Position numbers and translations under genes: made by a program | DNA from: Pseudomonadota bacterium | Lineage (GTDB): Bacteria; Pseudomonadota; Alphaproteobacteria; Rhizobiales; Devosiaceae | DNA: 64,000 bases | NCBI GenBank assembly: GCA_023428425.1 | Contig: JAEYYP010000017.1 | Span: forward strand, 2,382-66,381 | Reading direction: 5' to 3' | Notes under the pieces: model-generated | Told to the model about the DNA's origin: nothing | The model's database searches: none | What the model saw: only the letters and a program-made list of their open reading frames with translations | In this document: positions 39,301 to 48,261 of the stretch, piece after piece | Numbering within the stretch: position 1 is the stretch's first letter | How the letters are laid out: each line of letters starts with the position of its first letter

Positions 39301-42300
39301 CCACGATCTCCGACGACGGGGCGGCGAACAGATCGTCCAGTAGTTGCGTCAGCACGGGCTGCAGCGGGTCTGCTGCAGCCTCGGGCCGGCGACCGAGCCA
39401 GTTGCGCCCGGCCTTGCCGCGGGTAGGCAGTTGCAGGTCGATCACCCGGACGTCGAGACTGCCGATCTCCTTGGGGATGGTCATCGCCGGCCCCAGGATC
39501 GTTGCCTTTGCCGGGTAAGGAAGCGCCTCCTCGCCGACGCGCTGCATGCCGTTGGTGACGACCGTCGCCTGTCGCTGCTCGCTGCTGCCGGCTTCGTCGA
39601 TTGCCTGCGCGAGACCCAGCAGGCTGTAGAACCCCTGCTCGAGCAGGCGATTGGCGAAGGTCGAGCCCGGCCGGTGCGACTCCCCCTCGGTTACCAACCA
39701 CAGGTGAACGATGTTGGCCGGTACCCCGCCACGCTCCATGAGGGCAGACAGCAAGGCGGAATAGCCCGCCCGTCCATCTTCGGGGCAGAGTGTGTAGGAC
39801 GCGTCCGAGTGGCGGGCGAACGTGTCGCCCACCTGCACAGTCACGACAGAATGACCGCCCGCCCGCAGCGCCGCGACCACCGAGGCACCCAGGCCGGTAT
39901 CATCAACAAAGACAAGAAACGACGTGGGGTCGCTGCCGGCATCCACGTCGACATCGGGGACCGACTGACGCCAGCTCGGCCGATAGCCCCAGTCGACCAT
40001 CTCAGGCAGCTTCGTCAATTCGAGCTCGGCTTCGGGGGCGGTCGTCGGAGACGTGCCCGGCTCGATGAAATAGTGCTGGTGCTGGAAGGCATAGGTGGGG
40101 AGTGGCACGCGCCGCGCGCCGGTGCCGGCCCAGATCTGCTCCAGCGGCACACTCAATCCCGTCGCCCAGGCCCGGCCGAGCGCCGACACCAGATGCACAT
40201 GGTCATCGGTGGTGTCATCGGCATGCGGCAGGCTGTTGATCACCTGGTTCGCGGTAATACCGGGTTGCAGCTTGCTGAGCGACGACAGTCCCCGTCCGGG
40301 TCCGACCTCGATGTAGATGCGATCGGCCTCGGCGGCGAGCAAGGCAAGCCCGCGGCCGAATTGCACGGTGGAGCGGAGGTGCCGCACCCAGTAGCCGGGG
40401 TCGCGTGCCTCGGCGTCCGACAACCAGTTTCCGGTGAGGTTCGAGGCGATCGGAATGGTCGGCGCGCGCAGCACGATACTGCGGAGGAAGGCCTCGAAGC
40501 GCGGCAGGATCGCGTCGAGCATGCGCGAATGGGCGGCAATGTCGATCGGGACCCGCGAAGCATCGACACCCCGCTCGGCAAGCGACAGGCGAAAGCGCTC
40601 GAGATCCTCGTTGCGGCCGGAGACCACGCAGAGTTCGGGCGCATTGACGGAGGCCAGGTCGAGGTCCAGAGGCAGGATGTCCTGCAGCTCCGCCGCAGAC
40701 AACGGCACGCTCAGCATGCCGCCCGGCTCGACCGTATCGAAGAGTTCGCCGCGCAGCCGCACGAGCCGCACCGCATCGCCCAGACTCAGCACGCCCGCGA
40801 CGCAGGCCGCCGCGTTCTCGCCCATGGAATGGCCGATCAGGGCACGCGGCGTCACGCCGTGCCGCAGCCAGAACCGGGCTACTGCCACCTCGACGATGAG
40901 GATGGCGGGCAGTTGCACCGATGGACGCAGGAAGTGCGTCGCGGCCGCCGCACCGTCGGGGCCAAGCCACACGCGGCGGATTTCCGCGGCGGCATCGGGC
41001 GGCAGGGCCGCCAGTCCTTCCTCGATGTCGGCGCGAAACTGCGTGTCGCCATCGTAGAGGCCGCGGGCCATTCCCGGGTGTTGCGCGCCACCGCCGGGGA
41101 ACAGGAACACCGCTCCGGCCGGCGCCTCGACGGCGGTATGGGTGAAAGCGCGCCTGGTCGCGGGTTCGGCCAGCAGCTCGATGGCCTCCGCGCGGTCGCG
41201 AACCGCCAGCACCCGGCGGTGCTCGAAGTGCTTGCGCCCCTTGTACAGGGTGAAGCTCGCATCGGCCAGCGACAGGTCGGGGTTCGTGGCAAGGCTTTCG
41301 CCCAGCCTGACCATCGCCGTATCGAGCGCCTTCTTCGATTTCGCTGCGAAGGTGAGGAGGGTCGGGGCGGTCGCGTGGCCCCTGCCCGCAACAGTTGCGG
41401 GCGGCTGCTCGATGATGACGTGAGCATTGGTGCCCCCGACGCCGAGGGAGTTCACGGCGGCGCGGCGCGGCGCGCTCCCATTCGGCCAGGGGGTGAGCCG
41501 GTCGTTGACGATGAAGGGGCTGCGGGCGAAATCGATCGCCGGGTTGGGCTTGTCGTAGCCAAGGGTCGGGGGCAGTTCACCATGCTTGACCGCCAGCGTC
41601 GCCTTGATGAGGCCCACCACGCCGGCGGCGGTGTCCAGGTGGCCGATATTGGTCTTGACCGAGCCGACGCGACAGAAGCCGGTGCGGTCGGTGCTCTGGC
41701 GGAACGCCTGCGTCAGTGCCTCGATCTCGATCGGATCGCCCAGATAGGTGCCGGTGCCGTGGCATTCGACATAGCCGATGCTGTCGGCGTCGACGCCGGC
41801 GAGACCCTGTGCCTCGATGATGGCTTCGGCCTGTCCGGTCACGCTTGGCGCCAGGTAGGTCGCCTTGGTCGCGCCGTCGTTGTTGACCGCACTGCCCTTG
41901 ATGATGCCGTGGATGTGGTCGCCGTCGGCCAGTGCGTCGGAAAGGCGTCGCAGCATGACAACGCCCACGCCACTGCCGAACACCGTGCCGGCGGCCCGGT
42001 GGTCGAAGGCGTGACAATGGCCGTCGGGCGAGAGGATCTCACCCTCCTGGAACAGATAGCCGCGACGATGCGGAAACTCGATCGTCACGCCTCCGGCGAT
42101 CGCCGTCTCGCATTCGCCCGACAGCAGGCTCTGGCAGGCGAGGTGGACGGCGACGAGCGAGGACGAGCAGGCCGTCTGCACGCTGACGCTCGGGCCACGC
42201 AGGTTGAACGTGAATGATGCCCGGGTGGACAAGAAGTCCTTGTCGTTGCCGGTGTGCCGCAGCAGGAACATGCCGACCTGGTCGACCAGTTGCCGGTTGC

Positions 42301-42709
42301 TGCAGACATTGAAGTAGAAATAGCTGCCCATGCCGGCCCCCGCGAACACGCCGACCGGCCCATCGCTGCTGTCGGGCGTGCGGCCGGCGTCCTCCATGGC
42401 CTCCCAGGCGCATTCGAGGAACTGCCGATGCTGGGGATCCATGATGGCCGCGTCGCGCGGGCCAAGCCCGAAGAAATCGGCATCGAACATTTCCATGGCC
42501 GGCAGGTCGGCGGCCCGGCGCACGTAGTTGGGTTGGCGGATGCGCGAAAGTGGCTCACCGGCGGCCAGCAGCTCTTCCTCGCTGAGGTCGCGGATGGACT
42601 CGACGCCGTTGCGCAGGTTCGACCAGAACTCCCCGACATTCCTCGCCCCGGGTACCCGCAGGGCCATGCCGACGATGGCAATATCACTGGCTGAGTACTG
42701 GTCCGTCAT
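36308..42709 (-). CDS. Single-module type I polyketide synthase KS-AT-KR-DH-ACP-TE
   Basis: KS DPQHR/TACSSS/HGTGT/NIGH; AT GHSMG/AAHS; KR GGLGDL/VDD/YVAAN; DH H...G....PG and HPALLD; ACP GGHSL; TE GYSGG and GDH. Confidence 0.95.
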   Translation of the reverse strand: MTDQYSASDIAIVGMALRVPGARNVGEFWSNLRNGVESIRDLSEEELLAAGEPLSRIRQPNYVRRAADLPAMEMFDADFFGLGPRDAAIMDPQHRQFLECAWEAMEDAGRTPDSSDGPVGVFAGAGMGSYFYFNVCSNRQLVDQVGMFLLRHTGNDKDFLSTRASFTFNLRGPSVSVQTACSSSLVAVHLACQSLLSGECETAIAGGVTIEFPHRRGYLFQEGEILSPDGHCHAFDHRAAGTVFGSGVGVVMLRRLSDALADGDHIHGIIKGSAVNNDGATKATYLAPSVTGQAEAIIEAQGLAGVDADSIGYVECHGTGTYLGDPIEIEALTQAFRQSTDRTGFCRVGSVKTNIGHLDTAAGVVGLIKATLAVKHGELPPTLGYDKPNPAIDFARSPFIVNDRLTPWPNGSAPRRAAVNSLGVGGTNAHVIIEQPPATVAGRGHATAPTLLTFAAKSKKALDTAMVRLGESLATNPDLSLADASFTLYKGRKHFEHRRVLAVRDRAEAIELLAEPATRRAFTHTAVEAPAGAVFLFPGGGAQHPGMARGLYDGDTQFRADIEEGLAALPPDAAAEIRRVWLGPDGAAAATHFLRPSVQLPAILIVEVAVARFWLRHGVTPRALIGHSMGENAAACVAGVLSLGDAVRLVRLRGELFDTVEPGGMLSVPLSAAELQDILPLDLDLASVNAPELCVVSGRNEDLERFRLSLAERGVDASRVPIDIAAHSRMLDAILPRFEAFLRSIVLRAPTIPIASNLTGNWLSDAEARDPGYWVRHLRSTVQFGRGLALLAAEADRIYIEVGPGRGLSSLSKLQPGITANQVINSLPHADDTTDDHVHLVSALGRAWATGLSVPLEQIWAGTGARRVPLPTYAFQHQHYFIEPGTSPTTAPEAELELTKLPEMVDWGYRPSWRQSVPDVDVDAGSDPTSFLVFVDDTGLGASVVAALRAGGHSVVTVQVGDTFARHSDASYTLCPEDGRAGYSALLSALMERGGVPANIVHLWLVTEGESHRPGSTFANRLLEQGFYSLLGLAQAIDEAGSSEQRQATVVTNGMQRVGEEALPYPAKATILGPAMTIPKEIGSLDVRVIDLQLPTRGKAGRNWLGRRPEAAADPLQPVLTQLLDDLFAAPSSEIVAYRSGRRWSRSYRSLPLVDSRDAGFRDSGVYLITGGLGDLALVMARQLAERFNARIVLAGRTTLPSRADWPLQIRTRARNDRLRRALEQIEALEQAGHAVLYLSGDVANPEDMARVVSAAEAQFGPINGILHAAGLVDDDLIALKTIDRIEAVLSPKLHGTAVLHQLFDDKPLDLFVLFSSTSTDIAPAGQVDYVAANAYLNAYADAEAWRSDRRTVAIHWGVWNEVGLAARATAEPGAAQRTTSPARGPFFSRWVDDGENPPALEAEIGPDSHWMLDEHRTTAGEPVLPGTGYIEVLAQLAAECELGDAFVLEDLVFLSPLLVKTGARTTLRAALQPAQGGWRAVISAGTDAEGFVTHAEAVLRPRRDAGPDHLDLEGVLARLGQRAVASDTPLRSVQDGRIKFGPRWQVLRMTAFGADEAVAEISLAERYRSDAQTGTLLHPALLDIATGFAMGLAPGFAASSALWVPMSYGSITVHGPLPDDVRSHVRLVRGDATGFASFNVTITTLDGRVVFEAERFVMKRLDAGFVPAATTAERAPPAARSNSTATAKLAAQVRHGILPAEGFDAMLRALATRASQPIVSSMDLEMLRQRSASVPEPVAAADGGFDRPELDSAFVAPRDPVERKLAEFWSELLGVARIGVDDSFFDLGGHSLTAVRLFRMIKKEFAVDLPISALFEAPTIATCAALIGTGSAAPEPAQLPVSAPAGGDKPIHLVPMSVGATSGGTPLFICAGMFGNVLNLRQLALHLGQTRPVYALQARGLYGGQEPHETFEDAARDYIAEIRTVQPHGPYLLAGYSGGGLIAYEMAQQLRQAGEDVSIVVMLDTPFPREYVLSLRDRLDMKLQDLRRSGIGFVGEWLRNRREWSASQQEKVAALGAEQGATQFHDLTIEAAFRRSLSRYQPRPLSAQVLLMRPRLNVLYHLSDGRRLQYGRNPAEEDNGWTPYVADLQVQEVAGDHDSMVLEPFVRVLASRLSSALAEADRRAEPLRIAAE

Positions 42710-42967
42710 GTTGGCCTCTGCCCTGTACACGTGGGCATGCGATAGCATTGATCGATTCAAATCCGATCGACTAAGCAACAACGTCGTTAAGACCACGGTC
42801 CCGGCGCAACTAAACTGCATACACTTTTATATAAAATCGCCGAAACCACTCGGTCGCCTTAACCAACGGTGACGATCCAGCATGCAAAATTGCACAAATC
42901 GCTCAGTATGTCGCTCATACATAGCCTCTACGAGGCATGGCGGACTGACAGGCAATCCGGAGTTACA

Positions 42968-45900
42968 ATGGCGATCGAAGCGTTGAGCTGCGTACTGGTG
43001 GGCGATGAGTCCCTGCTGGCGCAATGTGCCGAGGTCCTGCGCGAACGTGGCCACACCATTGCGGCCATCGTCACCGAAACACCTGCAATAGCCACCTACG
43101 CGGCCACGCACGGGATCCGCGTCATCGGCTGGAGCGACACTCTGGCTGCCGACCTCGGCAGTCTGGCGTTCGACTGGCTGTTCAGCGCCGCTAACCTGCG
43201 GATCATCCCGGATGCCGTCTGGAAACAGGCGAAGCGGGGTGCCGTCAACTTTCACGACGGCCCGTTGCCGCGCTACGCGGGCCTCAATGCCCCGGCCTGG
43301 GCGATCATCGAGGGCCAGACCCGGCATGGCGTGGCCTGGCACTCCATCGCGGCCGAGATCGACGCTGGCCTGATCTATGCCAGCCAGCAGTTCGATATCG
43401 CCGAGGATGAGACTGCGCTGACGCTCAACAGCAAGTGCTTCGAGGCCGGCATTGCCACCTTCACCGGCATGCTGCAGCACATCGAGGCCGGCACCCTGCG
43501 CGGCGAGGAACAGGACTTCAGCCAGCGCAGCTACTACGCCCGCACCCGGCGGCCGGCGGATGCGGCGACCCTGCGGTTCGACCAGCCGGCAGTGAGTTTG
43601 TCCCGCCTTGTGCGCGGCCTCGACTTCGGTGCCGGATATGCCAACCCGCTGGTGACGCCAAAGCTGCGCACGGCCTCGGATGTCTACGTGGTGACGGGGC
43701 TGACGGTCCTCCCCGACACCTCGTCCTCGCCTCCGGGCACCGTGCTTGCCGTGTCGGCGGAAGGTGTGCTGGTCGCAACGCTCGACCATCCAGTGCTGCT
43801 GACCGGGCGTCGCATCGGCGACGGCGCGAGCCTCGCGGCAAACCTCTCGCCGGGCGAGTCGTTGCCCGGTCTCGATGCCGAAGCCGGCAGCGCGCTTTCG
43901 GCTGCCGTGACACGGGCAGCGAAGGCCGAAGCATCGCACCGTCGCCAACTCGCCGGGGCCGTCGATCTGGACCTGGTGGACGTCGCTGGACTGATGCCCG
44001 GGCGCCCGCGGGAAGTTGCCAGCGTGGCACTGACTCTTCCGGCCGATCTGGATGGCGCAGGCAAGGTAGCACTGTTCGCCGCCTTCATGGCCCGGCTGAG
44101 TGGACAACAGCAGTTCTCGCTCGCCTATGGGAATGAGGCGCACTCGGCCACCGGGGCGCAGTTTCCCGGCTACTTCGCCGAGACGGTGCCGCTCAACCTG
44201 AGCCTCGGCGATGACACTTCGCTCGCGGACTTCGTCGCGGCCTGCAAGACGCAGCTCGAGCGGCTCCGCCGGCAGGGTCCCAGCCTCCTGGACCTGCCGT
44301 CACGGTTTCCGGGCCTTACGGCTCCCTCGCTGACGGTCGGTGTCATCGAGGACGCCCCGCTGCCGGCCACCTGCGCGCTGGCGCTCGTCACCGGCAGGGA
44401 CGGTGATGCCATCGCCTTCGATCGCAGTCGCGTCGATGCCGGCCAGATGGATATCCTGGCGCGTCGGCTCGAACTGATGGCGGGAGCTTTCTCCAGCCAC
44501 TCGGGACCGCTCGCCGACCTGCCGCTGATGTCCGCGGCCGAGGAGCAGCACATCCTCTATGGCCTCAATGACACCGCCCTGCCCTACGATCCCACTCCGA
44601 TCCACCAGCAGTTCGAGCGCCAGTCCGACCTGACCCCAGATGCGGTCGCCGTGGCGAGCGGCGCCACGTCGCTGACCTACCGGCAACTGGACCAGCGCGC
44701 CAACCAGCTGGCAAATGCCCTCGTCGCCGCAGGCGTGGGGCCGGAGTCGCTGGTCGGGCTGCACGTTTCGCGCTCGGTCGACCTGGTTGCGGGGGCACTG
44801 GCCATTCTCAAGGCAGGTGGTGCCTATGTGCCGCGCGACCCGATGTTCCCCGCCGATCGTCTCGAACTGATGGTGGAGGACAGCGCCGCCCGGGTGGTGC
44901 TGACCGAGCGGGCGCTGCACGGCCGGCTGAGGTCACCGCAGGCCACGACCCTCGTCATCGAGGACCTGCTCGAGGCAGGGCACGGCGCGGAGCGCGCGAC
45001 GGCCCCGGTGGTTCCGGGCAACCTCGCCTACGTGATCTATACTTCGGGCTCCACCGGCCGCCCCAAGGGCGTCATGATCGAGCACCGCAACGTCGCCAAC
45101 TTCTTTGCTGGCATGGACGAGCGGATTCCGGTGCCGCGGGATCGCCAGCCCGTCTGGCTGGCCGTCACCAGCCTGTCGTTCGACATCTCGGTGCTCGAAC
45201 TGTTCTGGACCTTGGCGCGCGGCTTCAAGGTCGTCATCCATTCGAGCGAAGTGAAGGCCGGCGCCGGCGACGCCCGGCAGCGCTCGAAGGTGGATTTCGG
45301 CCTCTTCTACTGGGGCAACGATGACGGTCCGGGCGCGCAGAAATACCGCCTGCTGCTGGAGGGGGCCAAGTTTGCCGACACCCACGGCTTCACCGCCGTG
45401 TGGACCCCGGAACGGCATTTCCACGCGTTTGGCGGCCCCTATCCCAACCCCGCCGTGACGGGTGCAGCAGTCGCCGCCGTCACCCGCAACCTGTCGATCC
45501 GTGCCGGCAGCTGCGTACTGCCGCTGCATCACCCGGCCCGCGTGGTCGAGGAGTGGGCGGTGCTCGACAATATCAGCGATGGCAGGGTCGGACTTGCCTT
45601 CGCGTCAGGCTGGATGCCAGAAGACTTCGTGCTCCGCCCCGAGAATGCGCCGCCCGACAACAAGGCCGCCATGTTGCGCGACATCGAGACGGTGCGCCGG
45701 CTGTGGCGCGGCGAGAAGGTCGAGTTCGAGCTCAACGGCAAGCAGGTCGGCGTGGTGACGCAGCCGCGCCCGGTGCAGAGGGAACTGCCGATCTGGGTGA
45801 CGTCGGCCGGCAACCCGGAGACCTACCGCGACGCCGCCCGGCAAGGCGCAAACGTACTGACCCATCTGCTGGGCCAATCGGTGGAGGAACTGGCGGAGAA

Positions 45901-47554
45901 GATCCGCATCTATCGCCAGACGCTTACCGAGACCGGACGCAATCCGGCCGACTTCAAGGTGACGCTGATGCTGCACACGCTGCTCGGCGAGGATCGCGAC
46001 GAGGTGCGTGAACTCGCCCGGCAGCCTATGAAGGACTACCTGCGCAGCGCCACGGCGCTGATCAAGCAGTACGCCTGGGCCTTCCCCGCGTTCAAGAAGC
46101 CGCAGGGCATGGTCAATCCGATGGATATTGACCTGCGGGGTCTCGCACCCGACGAACTCGACGCCATCCTGGACTTCGCCTTCCAGCGCTACTTCGACGA
46201 GAGCGGGCTGTTCGGAACGGTCGACGACGCCATGCGGCGGGTAGAGCAGGTTGCGGCGATCGGCGTCGACGAAATCGCCTGCCTGATCGATTTCGGCGTC
46301 TCCGCCGACATCGCCCTCGAGCGTCTGGAGTTCCTTGGCACAGTCGTGCAGCGGCCTGTCGCGCTTCCCCAGACGGATGCCCCGGAAGATCGCGGGCTTG
46401 CTGCGGAGGTCGATGCGCATGGTGTGACGCACCTGCAGTGCACGCCGTCGATGGCGCGCATGTTCCTGTCGGACGATGCGAGCCGCAAGGCCATCGGCAC
46501 CATCGACCACCTGTTCATCGGAGGCGAGCCCCTCGCCTCCTCGCTGGTCGCGCAGCTTCGGGAAGTCACTCCCGCCAGCATTGAGAACATGTATGGACCG
46601 ACCGAGACCACCATCTGGTCATCGACGCTGTCCGTTGGCACCGTCGATGGCATCGTCCCGCTTGGCCGGCCGATCGCCAATACGCAGCTCTACGTGCTCG
46701 ATCCTCGCGGTCGCCCGGTGCCGACGAACACGCCGGGCGAGCTGTTCATCGGCGGCGACGGCGTGGCGCGCGGCTACCACAACCGCCCCGACCTGACCGC
46801 GGAACGGTTCCTGCACAACCCGCACACCGGGGGAAGGTTCTATCGTACCGGAGACCTCGCCAGGTTCCTCACGGACGGGACACTGCAGTTCCTCGGCCGC
46901 GCCGACCACCAGGTCAAGGTCCGCGGCTATCGCATCGAACTGGGCGAGATCGAATCGCGGATCGCCGAGTTCCCGGGCGTGGCCGAAACGGTCGTGATGG
47001 CGCGCGAGGATCGTGTCGATGATGTCCGGCTGGTCGCGTACCTCCGGCTGTCATCCACCGACCTGGACGAAGATGCGCTGCGAAAGGCACTCGCGAAGAG
47101 CCTGCCCTACTACATGGTGCCGTCGCACTTCGTGACGCTCGAAACCTTCCCGCTGACCCCCAACGCCAAGGTGGATCGCAAGGCGCTGCCGGCTCCCCTG
47201 GCGATGGCCGCGCCAAAGCCCGAGGTGCTGTTTGTCGAGCCGGCCGACAGCCTGCAGCGTGGCATCGCCGAAACCTTCAAGCGCATTCTCGGCGTCGAGC
47301 GGGTTGGCCAGTCGGACAGCTTCTTTGCCCTCGGTGGACACTCCCTGCTCGCCGTGCAGGCGCATCGTGAACTGAAGGCGAGCATCGCCCCAGAAATGGC
47401 GATCACCGACCTCTTCCGCTTTCCGACAGTGGCGGCGCTGGCCGCCCACCTGTCCGACAGCAAAGGCGCGGACGAACAGTTGAGCCGGGTCGCCAACCGC
47501 GCGGCATCCCGACGCGCGGCCATGGGTGCCAGAATGGTGCTGAATACGAGATGA
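42968..47554 (+). CDS. NRPS-like protein: formyltransferase, degenerate C-like region, A domain with inserted luciferase-like monooxygenase, PCP
   Basis: NFHDGPLPRYAG...EIDAG; YTSGSTGRPKG, FDIS; LLM PERHFHAFGG.YPNP, EEWA..DN.S.GRV; YGPTE, RTGD, QVKVRGYRIELGEIE, NAKVDR; GGHSL. Confidence 0.95.
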   Translation: MAIEALSCVLVGDESLLAQCAEVLRERGHTIAAIVTETPAIATYAATHGIRVIGWSDTLAADLGSLAFDWLFSAANLRIIPDAVWKQAKRGAVNFHDGPLPRYAGLNAPAWAIIEGQTRHGVAWHSIAAEIDAGLIYASQQFDIAEDETALTLNSKCFEAGIATFTGMLQHIEAGTLRGEEQDFSQRSYYARTRRPADAATLRFDQPAVSLSRLVRGLDFGAGYANPLVTPKLRTASDVYVVTGLTVLPDTSSSPPGTVLAVSAEGVLVATLDHPVLLTGRRIGDGASLAANLSPGESLPGLDAEAGSALSAAVTRAAKAEASHRRQLAGAVDLDLVDVAGLMPGRPREVASVALTLPADLDGAGKVALFAAFMARLSGQQQFSLAYGNEAHSATGAQFPGYFAETVPLNLSLGDDTSLADFVAACKTQLERLRRQGPSLLDLPSRFPGLTAPSLTVGVIEDAPLPATCALALVTGRDGDAIAFDRSRVDAGQMDILARRLELMAGAFSSHSGPLADLPLMSAAEEQHILYGLNDTALPYDPTPIHQQFERQSDLTPDAVAVASGATSLTYRQLDQRANQLANALVAAGVGPESLVGLHVSRSVDLVAGALAILKAGGAYVPRDPMFPADRLELMVEDSAARVVLTERALHGRLRSPQATTLVIEDLLEAGHGAERATAPVVPGNLAYVIYTSGSTGRPKGVMIEHRNVANFFAGMDERIPVPRDRQPVWLAVTSLSFDISVLELFWTLARGFKVVIHSSEVKAGAGDARQRSKVDFGLFYWGNDDGPGAQKYRLLLEGAKFADTHGFTAVWTPERHFHAFGGPYPNPAVTGAAVAAVTRNLSIRAGSCVLPLHHPARVVEEWAVLDNISDGRVGLAFASGWMPEDFVLRPENAPPDNKAAMLRDIETVRRLWRGEKVEFELNGKQVGVVTQPRPVQRELPIWVTSAGNPETYRDAARQGANVLTHLLGQSVEELAEKIRIYRQTLTETGRNPADFKVTLMLHTLLGEDRDEVRELARQPMKDYLRSATALIKQYAWAFPAFKKPQGMVNPMDIDLRGLAPDELDAILDFAFQRYFDESGLFGTVDDAMRRVEQVAAIGVDEIACLIDFGVSADIALERLEFLGTVVQRPVALPQTDAPEDRGLAAEVDAHGVTHLQCTPSMARMFLSDDASRKAIGTIDHLFIGGEPLASSLVAQLREVTPASIENMYGPTETTIWSSTLSVGTVDGIVPLGRPIANTQLYVLDPRGRPVPTNTPGELFIGGDGVARGYHNRPDLTAERFLHNPHTGGRFYRTGDLARFLTDGTLQFLGRADHQVKVRGYRIELGEIESRIAEFPGVAETVVMAREDRVDDVRLVAYLRLSSTDLDEDALRKALAKSLPYYMVPSHFVTLETFPLTPNAKVDRKALPAPLAMAAPKPEVLFVEPADSLQRGIAETFKRILGVERVGQSDSFFALGGHSLLAVQAHRELKASIAPEMAITDLFRFPTVAALAAHLSDSKGADEQLSRVANRAASRRAAMGARMVLNTR

Positions 47555-48261
47555 GGCTGCTCGACGGTCTGTTTGACGCACGGATCAGCCTGGCGCATGC
47601 CGACCCGCGCGCCGATTGGCCTGCTGTGATGCCCGTCGAGGAGGCATCGCTGCAGCGGGCGGTCGAAGCGCGTCGGCGGGAGTTTCGAGCGGGTCGGACA
47701 CTGGCTCGGCAGGCGATGCTGACGCTCGGCTCGCCACCGGCACCGGTCGCCGTCCAGGCGGACCGATCCCCGGCCTGGCCGGACGGACTCGTCGGCAACA
47801 TCTCGCACTGCGACGATCTCTGCATCGCAGCGGTCGGACGCATCGATCACGGATGGCTCGCCATCGGCGTCGACGTCGAGGCCCGAGCCGAGCTGCCCCC
47901 GGAACTGGTGGCAGAAGTTTGTGGCCGCGAGGAGCAGAACTGGCTCGCCGGCCTGCCGGCGAGGGACCGTGGAGTGTTCGCGAGGCTGATCTTCAGCGCC
48001 AAGGAATGCGCCTACAAGTGCCAGCATACCCTGTCCCGCCGCCTGCTCGATTTCGATGCGCTGACCATCCGGGTCGACCTCGCCACCGGGCAGTTCGTCG
48101 CCCGCTTCAGGCAAGGCGTGACGCCCTTCGCTGCGGGCGATGAGCTGGTCGGCCGCTATCGGATGGACACGGATCACATCGTGACGGCCATGGCGCTGCG
48201 GCGCGAGCAGATGGCCGCAAACGCCGCCGGGCAGCAGGAGTCTCTCCGTGACCATGGATAG
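47551..48261 (+). CDS. 4'-phosphopantetheinyl transferase (EntD type)
   Basis: RRREFRAGR, P.WP.GLVGNISH, IGVDVE, FSAKECAYK; coupled to the NRPS stop. Confidence 0.93.
   Translation: MRLLDGLFDARISLAHADPRADWPAVMPVEEASLQRAVEARRREFRAGRTLARQAMLTLGSPPAPVAVQADRSPAWPDGLVGNISHCDDLCIAAVGRIDHGWLAIGVDVEARAELPPELVAEVCGREEQNWLAGLPARDRGVFARLIFSAKECAYKCQHTLSRRLLDFDALTIRVDLATGQFVARFRQGVTPFAAGDELVGRYRMDTDHIVTAMALRREQMAANAAGQQESLRDHG

Noticed and set aside
39344..42217. 957-aa plus-strand ORF and similar long ORFs (25789-27681, 58762-60681, 59049-61175, 7959-9311)
   Set aside because: Antisense or alternative-frame shadows of well-supported genes, expected in high-GC DNA; no motifs.
43900..44560. Functional condensation domain in the NRPS
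   Set aside because: Too short and lacks HHxxxDG; treated as a degenerate structural remnant.
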